Shown in pieces: positions 18,497 through 29,500 of a stretch of 64,000 bases of DNA. Location: NCBI GenBank assembly GCA_965237675.1, contig OZ250150.1:2208001-2272000 (forward strand), given 5' to 3'. The stretch's first letter is position 1, and the number at the start of each line of letters is the position of its first letter. The notes under the pieces are model-generated. The model was not told the origin of the DNA, made no database searches, and saw only the letters and a program-made list of their open reading frames with translations. The position numbers were made by a program, and so were the translations under genes. Source of the stretch: Candidatus Latescibacterota bacterium. Its GTDB lineage: Bacteria; Latescibacterota; UBA2968; GCA-2709665.

Positions 18497-18715
18497 CGAG
18501 AAGAACCCCTTCAGCAAAATGAGCCCGATCGACTAAATATACGGGTTTGAACCCGCATCACAAGCCCTTTTTCTCGCCCATGCGGGCACGGAAGGGCCGC
18601 AAAAAAACCGCAGCTTTTCCCCGGTATGCGGTCTTATACGCAGACATTGCGGACAACTGTCGCCATCATCAAGAAACTGGGGAGCCTCTCGCCTCTCATT
18701 CCCTCCTGGATTCCG

Positions 18716-19393
18716 TCATTCCTCCCCGATATTCTCCTTCTGGTGGCGCACGATCCGTCCCTGCACCAGGTAGACCACGTTCTCCGCAATGTTGGACGCA
18801 TGGTCGCCCATACGCTCCAGGTGCCGCGAGACCAGAATCAGATGAATCGCACGATCGATCGCGTCCGGCTCCGATCGATAATGCAGGTACGTGAGCAACT
18901 CCCTGAAAATCTGATCCCTCAAGCCATCCACCACGTCATCGCGCCGGCGCACGTCGTTGGCCAGGTCCACGTTTCGATTCACGAATGCGTCCAGCGCGTC
19001 CTTGACCATGCCCCGGGCGAGTTCCGCCATCCGTGGGATATCGATGAGAGGTTTCAGAAGCGCCGCCCGGTTCAAAACAAGCGCCCGCTCCGCGATATTC
19101 ACCGCCTGATCGTTGATCCGTTCCAGGTCGTAGTTGATCTTCATCACGGTCGCGATCAGTCTCAGATCGCCGGCGACCGGCTGGCGCACCGCCAGCAGCG
19201 TTAAACATTCGTCTTCGATTTCCACCTCCCACTCATCGATTTCATTCCCGCCGGAAATCACGGTTCCCGCCAGATCGTTGTCCCGGTCCACCAGACACTT
19301 CACGGCCTGGGCGATGGATTCCTCCACCGCCCCACCCATCTTCAGCAACTCGCTTTTCAGATGTTCCAACCGTTGATCCAATGTCCGTTCCAT
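18716..19393 (-). CDS. phoU: Phosphate signalling protein PhoU
   Basis: RQPVAGDLR, DLERINDQAVNIAE and LERMGDHASNIAE. Confidence 0.95.
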   Translation of the reverse strand: MERTLDQRLEHLKSELLKMGGAVEESIAQAVKCLVDRDNDLAGTVISGGNEIDEWEVEIEDECLTLLAVRQPVAGDLRLIATVMKINYDLERINDQAVNIAERALVLNRAALLKPLIDIPRMAELARGMVKDALDAFVNRNVDLANDVRRRDDVVDGLRDQIFRELLTYLHYRSEPDAIDRAIHLILVSRHLERMGDHASNIAENVVYLVQGRIVRHQKENIGEE

Positions 19394-19444
19394 TATTTGT
19401 CCCATTCGATGAAATCCACGCATATCTGCCTCGCGCCGTTCCGG

Positions 19445-20290
19445 CTATCCAAATCTTCCCGTTACGTAATCCTCAGTCTGTTTCAACCTCGGATTTGTGA
19501 ACATCTCCTCGGTTCGTGAATGCTCCACCAGCTTTCCCAGATAAAAGAAAGCCGTCCAGTCCGATATTCGGGACGCCTGCTGCAGATTGTGGGTAACAAT
19601 TGCAATGGTATACCGGTTCTTCAACTCATTGATCGTCTCCTCAATATGACCCGTGGCAATTGGATCCAGAGCGGAACAGGGCTCATCCATCAGAATCACC
19701 GAAGGTTCCACCGCAATCGCCCGCGCAATGCAGAGCCGCTGCTGCTGCCCGCCGGAGAGTCCCAGCGCAGACGCTTCCAGACGATCCTTGACCTCGTCCC
19801 AAAGCGCCGCCGCCCGGAGGCTTCGCTCAGCCACCTCATCCAGAACGGCACGCCGGTTCTCCCCGGCAATGCGCAACCCGTACACCACGTTTTCGAAGAT
19901 CGATTTGGGAAAGGGATTCGACTTCTGAAACACCATCCCCACGAGCCGCCGGAGTGAAATTACATCATATCCGTGGGCATAAATGTCCTCGCCTTCGATC
20001 CGGACCCCGCCTTCAATCCTCACCGAGTCGATCAAATCGTTCAATCGGTTCATACATCGGAGCAGCGTCGACTTCCCGCAACCCGACGGTCCGATAAACG
20101 CGGTGACGTTGTGTCGAGGTACGTTCAGACAGATATCGTACAGGGCCTGCGCGTCGCCGTAATACAGACTCAAAGCGTCAACTTCGACAACCGGCCTGCC
20201 GGTTGTCGCGTTATTCACTGGCGGGCCGGCGCCCGGCGCCGTGGAATCCGTACCCATCTTGTTTGACTCCTCAGTGGTAAATCCGCTCAA
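19445..20290 (-). CDS. pstB: Phosphate ABC transporter ATPase
   Basis: [22 protein letters not shown] and [10 protein letters not shown]. Start is either 20290 or 20257. Confidence 0.95.
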   Translation of the reverse strand: MSGFTTEESNKMGTDSTAPGAGPPVNNATTGRPVVEVDALSLYYGDAQALYDICLNVPRHNVTAFIGPSGCGKSTLLRCMNRLNDLIDSVRIEGGVRIEGEDIYAHGYDVISLRRLVGMVFQKSNPFPKSIFENVVYGLRIAGENRRAVLDEVAERSLRAAALWDEVKDRLEASALGLSGGQQQRLCIARAIAVEPSVILMDEPCSALDPIATGHIEETINELKNRYTIAIVTHNLQQASRISDWTAFFYLGKLVEHSRTEEMFTNPRLKQTEDYVTGRFG

Positions 20291-20341
20291 GGACTTTCGA
20301 ATTGTCGGATTCCAGCGTTCCTGTCATCGGCCGAAAAGGCA

Positions 20342-21946
20342 CTAGAACCCTGTTTTCTGCAAACGCTTCCGCAGCCGGGAACGGACCTGGATGGCCGTCA
20401 GGTTCAGTGCGAGCACGATAAGTATCAGCAACAGGGTTGTGGTATACACCATTGGACGGGCCGCCTCCACGTTGGGCGACTGAAAGCCCACGTCGTATAT
20501 GTGGAACCCCAGGTGCATGAACTTGCGTTCCAGGTGAAAAAACGGCCAGGCGCCGTCCACGGGCAGCGTCGGCGCGAGTTTGACCACACCGGTTATCATC
20601 AGCGGCGCCACTTCGCCCGCGCCTCTGGCCACCACAAGCACAATCCCCGTGAGAATTCCAGGGAGCGCCGCGGGAAGAACGACTCGCCAGATGGTCTGAA
20701 ACTGCGTGGCCCCCAGCGCAAGCGACCCCTCGCGTACCTCGCCGGGCACAGACGCCAGGGCCTCCTCCGAGGCCACGATCATTACGGGCACCGTCAACAG
20801 CGCAAGTGTCAACGACGCCCAGAGAATGCCACCGGTGCCGAAAGTGGGCGCCGGCGACGCCTCGGGGAAAAAGAGCCAGTCCAGACTGCCGCCTACGCCA
20901 TAGACGAAAAATCCGAGTCCGAACATGCCAAAGACGATTGAGGGCACTCCAGCGAGATTGTTCACCGCAATCCGGATCGCCCGCACAAGCGGACCCTGCC
21001 TGGCATATTCACGCAGATACAACGCTGCCAGAATTCCGAATGGCACCGCCGCCAGACTCATCAGAATGACCATCATTACCGTACCGAAGATCGCCGGAAA
21101 CACGCCGCCTTCGGTGTTGGACTCACGGGGTTCCGCAGACAGGAACTCCCAGCCCCGATCCAGGTATACGCCCGCCTTGCCGAACACCCCCAGCCGATTC
21201 GGCCGATACGCGCGCACCACGTCTGCCACCGCGAGCCGGCGCACCTCACCTCCGATCAGACGGATCTCGAGTTGCGGTACTTCGCTCTCTTCCCTGAGGC
21301 GGTTCAGTTCGGCGGCCAGAGATTCATAACGTGTCCAATAGTGGCGGCTCGTCTCGTCCAGTTGCGAAATCTCCGCCTGCTGTGCGTCAGCCGCCAGTTC
21401 AAGTTTTCGTTTTTCCCCGCGAAGCTGCTCGATCCGCCGGTTCAGATCCGATATGGCGTTGTGCTCAATGTCGCGGACCTTCTTCAGAACCGCGCCGGTT
21501 CGCCGCATCTGCTTTTGAAACGCGGTCCAGCCGGCTGAACCTCCGTCCGCCACCTTGTTCTCGCCTTCGAACACGGCATCCAGGAACCCGAACAGATGTC
21601 CCCACTCACGGCGCTCGAACACCACCGCGCTTTCCGGAAAGGACCGTTCCAGAATTTGCGCCTCGTCAATCCACTGGAAGTCAACTCCGTACGCATCCCG
21701 GTTCGCCACCTTTATCTGAACCCGGTATTCCCCTTGCCGGTTCGGAATCTCCTGCCGATCCCAGACCTGACCCATCACAACCGCGTCACCATGGAGACGA
21801 AACGCGGTCAGGTCGCCGGGCCAGAAAAAGCCAAGACCGTTGTAGATCACCAGGCCGATCAATCCCACTATCATCAGGACGCAGAAAGCGAGCGCGCCCC
21901 CCGTCAGCCAGATATACGCCTGCCCTGACTTCCAGAACCCGTTCAT
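20342..21946 (-). CDS. pstA: Phosphate ABC permease, long form
   Basis: EPRESNTEGGVFPAIFGT, NNLAGVPSIVFG and GFHIYDVGFQSPN. Confidence 0.93.
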   Translation of the reverse strand: MNGFWKSGQAYIWLTGGALAFCVLMIVGLIGLVIYNGLGFFWPGDLTAFRLHGDAVVMGQVWDRQEIPNRQGEYRVQIKVANRDAYGVDFQWIDEAQILERSFPESAVVFERREWGHLFGFLDAVFEGENKVADGGSAGWTAFQKQMRRTGAVLKKVRDIEHNAISDLNRRIEQLRGEKRKLELAADAQQAEISQLDETSRHYWTRYESLAAELNRLREESEVPQLEIRLIGGEVRRLAVADVVRAYRPNRLGVFGKAGVYLDRGWEFLSAEPRESNTEGGVFPAIFGTVMMVILMSLAAVPFGILAALYLREYARQGPLVRAIRIAVNNLAGVPSIVFGMFGLGFFVYGVGGSLDWLFFPEASPAPTFGTGGILWASLTLALLTVPVMIVASEEALASVPGEVREGSLALGATQFQTIWRVVLPAALPGILTGIVLVVARGAGEVAPLMITGVVKLAPTLPVDGAWPFFHLERKFMHLGFHIYDVGFQSPNVEAARPMVYTTTLLLILIVLALNLTAIQVRSRLRKRLQKTGF

Positions 21947-22258
21947 TCGATTGGCTCCGGACGTGCGATGCGGGCAATTGAGGCGCGGAAATGAGAAACC
22001 ATCCTGTCCTCTTTGTCGAATCCCTCATCCCGGGACTCGACACAAAAAGCCTGCCTAAACGTGGTCATTGAGCTTGTCGAAATGCCCGCGTTTTCTAACC
22101 TTTTTAGCGATCTTCAACGACCTTCGCCGACCCTTCGACAAGCTCAGGGAGCGGCTCAGGTCGCAGGCGCCTTGCCAGCCGGTCGACTCGGCGGCCTAAT
22201 TTCGGCGATATTTTCCGGAACGAAACATCAGGAAAAACGAGCCTCGAAGCGTCGGGAT

Positions 22259-24511
22259 TTATATCCTGCTGTACCGTTCACGAAGCCGCTGCCGTACGAT
22301 TTCCGCCAGGGTGTTGACGACGAACGTCACTCCCGCAAGCAGCAGACCGGTCAGAAAGAGCACGCGGTAGAGCGTTCCCTCGTGCGGCGCTTCCGGGATT
22401 TCCACGGCAATATTGGCCGACAGGGTGCGCATACCGTTGAAGATGCTCCAATCCATAATGGGCGTATTTCCGGTCGCCATCAACACAATCATCGTTTCAC
22501 CCACTGCCCGTCCGAATCCGATCATCGTTGCCGAAAAGATACCTGGGCTGGCCGTAGGCAACACAACGCGAACGGCCGTCTGCCAGGGTGTTGCGCCCAG
22601 AGCCAGGGATCCGGCCCTGATGTGTGACGGTACGCTTGCGAGCGCGTCTTCGCAAATCGTATAGATGATCGGGATCACCGCAAAACCCATTGCGAAACCC
22701 ACAACCAGACAATTCCTCTGGTCGTAACGGGTGTCGGCGGAATCCACCAGCCAGCGCTGAAAATTACCGCCCCAGAATGCGCTCTCCAGCAACGGCCCGA
22801 GCGCCAGCGCCAACCAGATACCCATAAGGGACACCGCCACGTAGAACGCCTCCGGCCCCGGCAACCGGTTCTTCACGCGCCCGGGCAGGAGGGACCAGAC
22901 CCAGGACGCCGCGATAACGGTCAGGGCGACCGTTGGCAGCAGCAGCAAAACGCCCACCACGTGGCGTTCCAGCAACGGCGCCAGCCATAGACCGCCCAGA
23001 AAGCCGAGAATCACACTTGGAAGCGATGCCATCAACTCCACCGTCGGTTTCACCACATTGCGCACTCGCGGGTGAGCGAACTCGGACGTATAGATAGCGG
23101 CGAGAACGGCCAGGGGCAGCGCGAAAAACATCGCGTAAAACGTCCCTTTCGCGGTGCCATACGCGAGAGGAATGATGCTCAACTTGGGCTCGTATTCGTC
23201 GGTTCCGCCCGTGGACTGCCAGACGTACTCAGGTTCGGCGTATCCCTCGTACCACACTTTGCCAAACAGCGTTCTCAGTGTCACTTCCGGATGCGGATTG
23301 GATAGTTCATAGTGGCTCAAACGACCGTCGGCATTCAGACTCAGGAATCCATCTGCTTTGGGCGCGAACGTCAGATCGGTCACCTCCGATCCCTCCGCCA
23401 GTTCGAAAAACGTCTGACCGGACGTCATGTGGTGCAGCATCAGGTGTCCACCGACGCTACCCGTCAAAAACTGTTTGTCGCGCGCGGAGGGCGCAATCGC
23501 GTTCACCGCCGTGCGATGTGGCCGAAAATCGCGAATTTTCCGAAACGTCCCGCGGACACCGCCGGTGGGCCCGCGCACGGGAAACCAGGTACTCACATGC
23601 CCACCGGCGTCACCCACAACCACCGATACGTCGCCAAGCAGAAACGCAAGCGCTGTAATCGCCTGGTCCGAAGCACGAAAGCGCTGCGCGAGGGTTGGGG
23701 GCGACTTAAGGTTGGATAGGTCCCAGCAATACACCTCTCCACGGTCCGTCCCCGCCAGAAGTTGGCGACCGTTCCCGTGGACCAGCACCGTGGTGGGCCT
23801 TCCGTCAACCGCATCCGTCAATTCGTAAACGAACGATTCCTGCTTACCACCACCCAGCAAACCCCTCTTTTTCTGACTGCCCGCCAACAGCAGCCGGCCG
23901 GACGCCGTGACCCCCGCCGCGGTGGACCGCCGCGCCCCGTCTGTCCGATAACCAACCTGAACGATGGGCTCGCCCCTTTGATCGAGCAGCACGTTATCCA
24001 GAACCTGAAACTCGGGCGCGACCCTGCGCTTACCCTGCGGATAGTCCACCCGATAAATCACCTTCGCCACGGCAACGTGGCCATCCGACATTCCCAGACC
24101 GAGGTATCCGTCCATAAGCGAAGGATGGACGGATACCACGCGCCGGTCCCGAAATACGTCGCCACGTTCCCTGTGAATCGTTTCTCCATTGATTAATCGG
24201 ATAAAATCGATCCCTTCCGGTCGCACGACGTATCCCACATCGCGGTACGGATCGGTGCCCGCCGCAAGCCCCCGCCGGCCGTCGTTACCGTCCAGCGTGT
24301 GACTATTCACAATCGTCGCCGGCGCCGGAGACAGGAATAGGGGAAAGGCTTCGCGGAGTACAAAAGCCATAATGCCCAGTACCACAAGGATCACCCCCAC
24401 ACCGCCCACGGCGATCACCCACCGGCCCACACGGTCCATTGTACGTGCCGCCGGCGTGATGCCGGGGAGCGACCGGGGATTCTCTGATTTGGTATCATTC
24501 GGTTGCGCCAT
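22259..24511 (-). CDS. pstC: Phosphate ABC permease with periplasmic WD40-like domain
   Basis: WYEGYAEPEYVWQSTG, ELMASLPSV, GRAVGETMIVLMATGN and RTLSANIAVEIPE. Confidence 0.92.
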   Translation of the reverse strand: MAQPNDTKSENPRSLPGITPAARTMDRVGRWVIAVGGVGVILVVLGIMAFVLREAFPLFLSPAPATIVNSHTLDGNDGRRGLAAGTDPYRDVGYVVRPEGIDFIRLINGETIHRERGDVFRDRRVVSVHPSLMDGYLGLGMSDGHVAVAKVIYRVDYPQGKRRVAPEFQVLDNVLLDQRGEPIVQVGYRTDGARRSTAAGVTASGRLLLAGSQKKRGLLGGGKQESFVYELTDAVDGRPTTVLVHGNGRQLLAGTDRGEVYCWDLSNLKSPPTLAQRFRASDQAITALAFLLGDVSVVVGDAGGHVSTWFPVRGPTGGVRGTFRKIRDFRPHRTAVNAIAPSARDKQFLTGSVGGHLMLHHMTSGQTFFELAEGSEVTDLTFAPKADGFLSLNADGRLSHYELSNPHPEVTLRTLFGKVWYEGYAEPEYVWQSTGGTDEYEPKLSIIPLAYGTAKGTFYAMFFALPLAVLAAIYTSEFAHPRVRNVVKPTVELMASLPSVILGFLGGLWLAPLLERHVVGVLLLLPTVALTVIAASWVWSLLPGRVKNRLPGPEAFYVAVSLMGIWLALALGPLLESAFWGGNFQRWLVDSADTRYDQRNCLVVGFAMGFAVIPIIYTICEDALASVPSHIRAGSLALGATPWQTAVRVVLPTASPGIFSATMIGFGRAVGETMIVLMATGNTPIMDWSIFNGMRTLSANIAVEIPEAPHEGTLYRVLFLTGLLLAGVTFVVNTLAEIVRQRLRERYSRI

Positions 24512-24667
24512 AAACACACCTTGCAGTTTCTCCCGGCGATTCATCCCGTCTCGCTGCGTTGGGCCGACCTTGTCCAGGTCGCAGGCGCCGGTTCCTGAGC
24601 CTGTCGAAGGATGCCAGCCGGGCGACTCCGCGACCGAATTTCGGCAATCTATTTCCGGGACAGAACA

Positions 24668-25645
24668 CTAGTTGCCGGCTGCTTCCAGCTTGGCGAGTTC
24701 TTCTTCAACGACTTCGTAGGGCACAGGCATATAACCATCCTTAATGACGATTTCCTGACCCTCTTTTGAGAAAACATACCTGCAGAACTCGCGCACCATC
24801 GGGTCCAGCGGCTTACCCGGGGATTTGTTGATGTAGATGAACAAAAAACGGCCCAACGGATAGGATCCGTCCAGTACGTTTTCCATGCTGGCATCCTTGT
24901 ACCCTTCCTCCCGATCCGCTGCAAGGGGTACCACGCGCACGTCCGACGTCCTGTATCCGATTCCACTGTATCCGATCCCGTACCGGTCTTCCGCCACCCC
25001 CTGCACCACGGAAGCCGAACCCGGCTGTTCCTTTACTTCATCCTTGAAGTCACCCTTGAACAGTGCGTTTTTCTTGAAAAAGCCATACGTTCCGGACGCC
25101 GAGTTCCGACCGTACAGACTGATCAACGCCGTTGCCGCCTCGTCCGTCCATCCCACCTGGCTCCAACGGACGATATTTTCAGGAAATTCACCCCGGCGGT
25201 TTTTGGAAAAAATCGCATCCACCTGCTCCAGCGTCAAGCCTTCGACTGGATTGTCTTTATTCACGAAAACCGCGAGCGCATCGAGGGCCGTTCTCAGCGG
25301 CCTGGGCGGGTACCCGAACGCATTTTCGAACTTGTCAACCTCCGTTGCCTTCATCGAACGGGACATGGGTCCGAACTGTGCGGTGCCTTCGATCAGAGCC
25401 GGCGGGGCCGTGCCGGACCCTTTTCCTTCGATCTGCACGTTCACGTTCGGGTAATATTTGCGAAAGCCCTCGAGCCACAGCGCCATCAGGTTGTTCATCG
25501 TATCCGACCCGATGCTGCTGGCGCTTCCTGAAATCCCCCGCGCCTTATTATAGGCCGGAATCCGCGGGTCGACCTCAAACGTCTGCGACCGAACGGGAAC
25601 CGCGGCCAGTATCAGTAATATCAATCCGGCAACTGTTCGAATCAT
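24668..25645 (-). CDS. pstS: Phosphate-binding periplasmic protein
   Basis: Signal peptide, GSDTM, GKGSGTA, GRNSASGT and YPLGRFL; GGAGGT RBS. Confidence 0.95.
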   Translation of the reverse strand: MIRTVAGLILLILAAVPVRSQTFEVDPRIPAYNKARGISGSASSIGSDTMNNLMALWLEGFRKYYPNVNVQIEGKGSGTAPPALIEGTAQFGPMSRSMKATEVDKFENAFGYPPRPLRTALDALAVFVNKDNPVEGLTLEQVDAIFSKNRRGEFPENIVRWSQVGWTDEAATALISLYGRNSASGTYGFFKKNALFKGDFKDEVKEQPGSASVVQGVAEDRYGIGYSGIGYRTSDVRVVPLAADREEGYKDASMENVLDGSYPLGRFLFIYINKSPGKPLDPMVREFCRYVFSKEGQEIVIKDGYMPVPYEVVEEELAKLEAAGN

Positions 25646-25932
25646 CCGTCTACACCTCCCGATTATCAGGGCGATTGTCTGAAGAAATTCAGACGTTAAT
25701 GTAAACCGCCATTGTTACGTTTGTGTGCCAACAGGAGAGGGAGTCGAAATTTCGTCGGGCGGGCGTTCCGGGGACCGACTCTGTCGCGAAGGCTCCAGGC
25801 GTCGCAGCGGCCTCGCCGCCAAATCCCGAATCGTTGGCCTCGTACCGCACCCGCCCGGACCAGCGGTCATTCCATCCTGTCTGCGTGCGTGAGGCACAAC
25901 GCACAGGCAGGCGCCGGTTCATCCCGTAGGAC

Positions 25933-25993
25933 GGGTACAAATATGTTCCGCATCTGTTACGAACAGGTCGCTATTGTGTGACGAATAGGTTAC
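25933..25993 (-). promoter_or_regulatory. Array of six Pho-box-like half-sites at exact 11-bp period
   Basis: Minus strand GTAACC, GTCACA, GCGACC, GTAACA, GGAACA and GTACCC, each separated by 5 nt, upstream of pstS. A further pair lies at 25713-25729. Confidence 0.7.
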
Positions 25994-26006
25994 GATACCT
26001 GGCTTT

Positions 26007-26121
26007 GGTGTCCTGTCCAGGAAATATGGCGCCATTCATCCGCCGATTCATCCCGTCTCGCCTCATAACCGACACCCTTTCGCTCCGCTCGGGAACGCAC
26101 CAGGAATTTTGAAACAGCTTC
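26007..26121. mobile_element. Chimeric MITE (family A left arm joined to a family B arm)
   Basis: GGTGTCCTGTCCAGGAAAT...ATTCATCCCGTCTCGC then CTCATAA...GGAATTTTGAAACAGCTTC. Confidence 0.6.
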
Positions 26122-26567
26122 GTAGAGACCGGACAGGCTCACCCGGAGCGTGACCGCTTCAGCCCTGTTCGGTCTTTCTTGTTTTTTAAATCGCTTCAAC
26201 GTATAATTATTGGGTGGACGCAATGCTTATTCCCAATAGGGATTGATCATCAGGGAGGACCTCTCCCCCCGGCCCCCTCTCCTGCAAGGAAAGGGGGAGT
26301 TGAACCAGGCGTTGCGCCAACACGGTTTTAAATGAGCTCTGATTGAGCGGACCCATCACAATATTTCGCCTGGATTTTTTCATCAATCGAAATGGCTTCA
26401 GCCAATCTGACCGTTCATCAACCGATCGCAGTTCCCCCTTCCTCTCAGGAAGGGGGGTAGGTCTCGTCCGCCAAATCCGTCACAGACAGGTTTTTCTTCC
26501 GTTTCTCTAATCACCCGGAAGCTGTTTCTGCTTCCTGAAACTGCAATCCGTGACAATTCATGAATGA

Positions 26568-26810
26568 ATCAGACTGAACAAGAAATGCATCATCGCCGTA
26601 AGCAAACGGGTGAAACGATACGGCGGTGAAAGTCTCAGCTTTGCTGCCATTCGATTCGAGAAGCCGGAGGAAACCTATAAGGGGCTGAAACTCCTGCGTG
26701 GTACCGTGTTGCGAGTGCAAACCAAAAAAGGCAAGCACGTGGATCTGCGAATCCTCGGATCGGTCATCCGGAGAGACGGCCGGTACAAACACCTGAGCTA
26801 TGACGACTGA
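26568..26810 (+). pseudogene. 3' remnant of a hypothetical protein
   Basis: Protein-like frame ...RYGGESLSFAAIRF...LRILGSVIRRDGRYKHLSYDD* preceded by an in-frame TGA at 26565, with no good start or RBS. Confidence 0.4.
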
Positions 26811-27054
26811 ACGGAAGGCCCGCAGCGAAGCGCGAAACAGGCTGATGTCTCTGGGCATCGGCCTTCTGTTTATCGGGTCCGTTGTTCAGCTTCGGGCGGC
26901 GGACCTCGTGTCCCAACGGACCCTGAAGGAGATACGTGCGCATCCGCCGATTCCCATCGAAATGGCGGTGCCCGCGGACGGCGAAAGCGGAATCATCGCC
27001 TATCTTCGCGGATTGAAAAAAATGTCCGCGGGGCATATCCCCGGCGAACTCTGA
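26800..27054 (+). CDS. Small hypothetical protein with one hydrophobic segment (possibly truncated)
   Basis: 84 aa; overlaps the previous frame and ends 13 bp before the CHAD gene. Confidence 0.4.
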   Translation: MTTERKARSEARNRLMSLGIGLLFIGSVVQLRAADLVSQRTLKEIRAHPPIPIEMAVPADGESGIIAYLRGLKKMSAGHIPGEL

Positions 27055-27067
27055 TGGAAATCACACG

Positions 27068-28594
27068 ATGAAGAACAAAGTATGTGCATTTCGCCTGCCG
27101 GCATCGGTTGATTCACGCAGCGTATGGGAGGAGGCCGCCAGTTCCCATACCTGTGAACCGATAAACGATACAGAGCAGGTTCAGACCTTCCTCGATACCT
27201 TCGACTGGAGGCTGTTCAACAAGAACCTGGTTCTGTTGAAAGAGCCGGATCGTTACGTTCTGTACTGCCTGCCAGGCCGTGAAACCGTCGCTTCCCTCAG
27301 CGTGCCGCGCGGAACGGAACCGGTATTCAGCACGGAATTTCCCGAGGGAACCTTAAAGGAGATCCTGCAAGCACATTTGAGCGTGCGGGCGCTGTTGCCC
27401 CTCGCACGCGCCAGGACCCGGCGCCAGACCATGCGCGTCCTCAACAGGAATGAGAAGACCGTCCTGATCGCAACCCTTGAACAGGCCAGGGTGCCGGATT
27501 CCGAACAACCACTCAACACGCTCGTTCTGAAGCCGATCCGGGGGTATGAGAAACATCTGCGCAGACTGAACCGGTCCCTTCGCGAAGTGGGCGCCGAACC
27601 CCAATCCGAAAACCTGTTCCACGCCGCAATTCGGGCGACCGGGAGGAGACCTGGAGACTATACGTCCAAACTCAATATCGCGCTGGAACCCGATCTGACC
27701 GGCGCGGAGGCTGCAAGACGCATTCTGGGGCATCTGTTCCGAACGATCAGGTGCAATGAAGCGGGCATAAAAGAGGACATCGATACCGAGTTTCTGCACG
27801 ATTTCAGGGTGGGAATCCGGCGTACCCGGTCGGCGCTCGGCCAGATCAAATCCGTTTTTCCCGAAGGCCGGGTTGCCCGCTTCCGGAAGGACTTTTCCTT
27901 TCTCGGCAAACTCACCAACCGTCTGCGCGACCTGGACGTTGCGCTGCTCAAGCAGGACACGTACCGCCTTCTCCTGCCGGGATATCTGCGGCATCGACTG
28001 GACTCTCTCTACGAGTCCCTGCGGGCCGAACGTACGGGTGAACACCGGCGTCTGTCCGCCGCCCTTAACGGCGACAGGTACCTGAAAATAGCCGCCGACT
28101 GGGAGGCGTTTCTGGAATGCCGGCCGGAGTCCGGATCGCCCGACAACGCCGACGTGCCGGCGATGGGGCTTACGCAGAGGTTCATCGGAAAGAGATACGG
28201 TCGCGTGATCGAACTGGGAACCGTAATCGATGAGTCAACGCCCGACGCCGGCCTGCACCGCCTCCGGATTGAGTGCAAGAAACTGCGCTACCTCCTGGAG
28301 TTTTTTTCTTCGCTCTTTCCCGCGGAAGAGATCCGGCTGATTGTCGAGCACCTCAAGAGCCTGCAGGACAACCTGGGCGACTTCAACGACCTCTCCATTC
28401 AACAGGCCGACCTGAAGTCGTACCTGGAAGCGTTGCCCACGGAGAGGACTCACCCGGAAACCTTCGCCGCCGTCGGCGGTCTGATCGGCTGCCTTTACCG
28501 CGAGCAGCAGACCGTCCGGGCGGCCTTTTCGAAGACGTTTGCGCAATTCAACCGGGCGGAGGTCGCCGCGAAGTTCCGACGTCTGTTCGCCTGA
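27068..28594 (+). CDS. CHAD domain protein with CYTH-like N-terminus
   Basis: FLDTFDWRL, EFLHDFRVGIRRTRS, RDLDV, LHRLRIECKKLRY and LQDNLGDFND. Confidence 0.92.
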   Translation: MKNKVCAFRLPASVDSRSVWEEAASSHTCEPINDTEQVQTFLDTFDWRLFNKNLVLLKEPDRYVLYCLPGRETVASLSVPRGTEPVFSTEFPEGTLKEILQAHLSVRALLPLARARTRRQTMRVLNRNEKTVLIATLEQARVPDSEQPLNTLVLKPIRGYEKHLRRLNRSLREVGAEPQSENLFHAAIRATGRRPGDYTSKLNIALEPDLTGAEAARRILGHLFRTIRCNEAGIKEDIDTEFLHDFRVGIRRTRSALGQIKSVFPEGRVARFRKDFSFLGKLTNRLRDLDVALLKQDTYRLLLPGYLRHRLDSLYESLRAERTGEHRRLSAALNGDRYLKIAADWEAFLECRPESGSPDNADVPAMGLTQRFIGKRYGRVIELGTVIDESTPDAGLHRLRIECKKLRYLLEFFSSLFPAEEIRLIVEHLKSLQDNLGDFNDLSIQQADLKSYLEALPTERTHPETFAAVGGLIGCLYREQQTVRAAFSKTFAQFNRAEVAAKFRRLFA

Positions 28595-28612
28595 CCATCG
28601 AGAGCGCATACT

Positions 28613-29362
28613 ATGGCAACAGTCGCCCTGTACAACATCAAAGGCGGGGTGGGAAAGACCGCCACGGCTGTAAATCTGGCCTACCTCGCCGCGCGTGAGG
28701 GCGCCCGGACCATTCTGTTCGATCTGGACCCTCAGGGATCGGCCGCGTTCTATTTTCGCATCAATCCCTCCAGGAAACTCCCGGGTCGAAAATTCCTCCG
28801 CGGTGGCCGAAGAATTGAGAAGCGCATCAGAGGTACCGACTACGAAAATCTGGATCTGCTGCCGTCTAACCTGTCATTCAGAAATCTGGATACGATTCTG
28901 AGCAAATTCAAACGCTCCTCGAAACAGCTCCATCGCATTCTGAAGCCGTATCGCAAGACATACGACTACATCTTTCTCGACTGTCCGCCCGGCATAGGCC
29001 TGGCGTCGGAAAATATGCTTTTCGCGTCGGACATCGTCCTGGTGCCGTGTATTCCAACTACGTTGTCCATGCGTACCTATGACCAGCTGCTGCGGGTCTG
29101 CGATTCCAGACGCCTGGATGTCTCCCGGATCCACCCGTTTTTCACAATGGTCGAGAGACGGAAACGCATGCACAGCGAACACCTGGCAACCAGCAGAGAT
29201 CGGGAAGAACGGTTTCTGGAGACGCAGATTCCCTACGCTTCGGAAGTCGAAAAAATGGGCATCCACCGAAAACCGGTGCTATGCTTCGCGCCGAGTTCGC
29301 CTGCCGCAAACGCGTATCAGGATCTTTGGGATGAACTGAAGGCGATGGCTTCGAGACGTTGA
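28613..29362 (+). CDS. ParA/MinD-family ATPase
   Basis: Deviant Walker A NIKGGVGKT, DLDPQGSA and FLDCPP. Confidence 0.92.
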   Translation: MATVALYNIKGGVGKTATAVNLAYLAAREGARTILFDLDPQGSAAFYFRINPSRKLPGRKFLRGGRRIEKRIRGTDYENLDLLPSNLSFRNLDTILSKFKRSSKQLHRILKPYRKTYDYIFLDCPPGIGLASENMLFASDIVLVPCIPTTLSMRTYDQLLRVCDSRRLDVSRIHPFFTMVERRKRMHSEHLATSRDREERFLETQIPYASEVEKMGIHRKPVLCFAPSSPAANAYQDLWDELKAMASRR

Positions 29363-29500
29363 CATGCGAAGACGCGGTCCATCAAATCCCGGTGCCATAA
29401 TGACTTGCAAGCCTGATTCCGTTTGACGCAGGCTTTGGGTTGGTTTATCTTAAGTCAAATGCAAATATCGATGACTCCAGTCACCCACGAAAGACGCGTC

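Noticed and set aside
22259-24511. WD40-like domain in PstC as a novel fusion
   Set aside because: Long PstC/PstA forms with periplasmic domains are already known, e.g. the Pseudomonas type.
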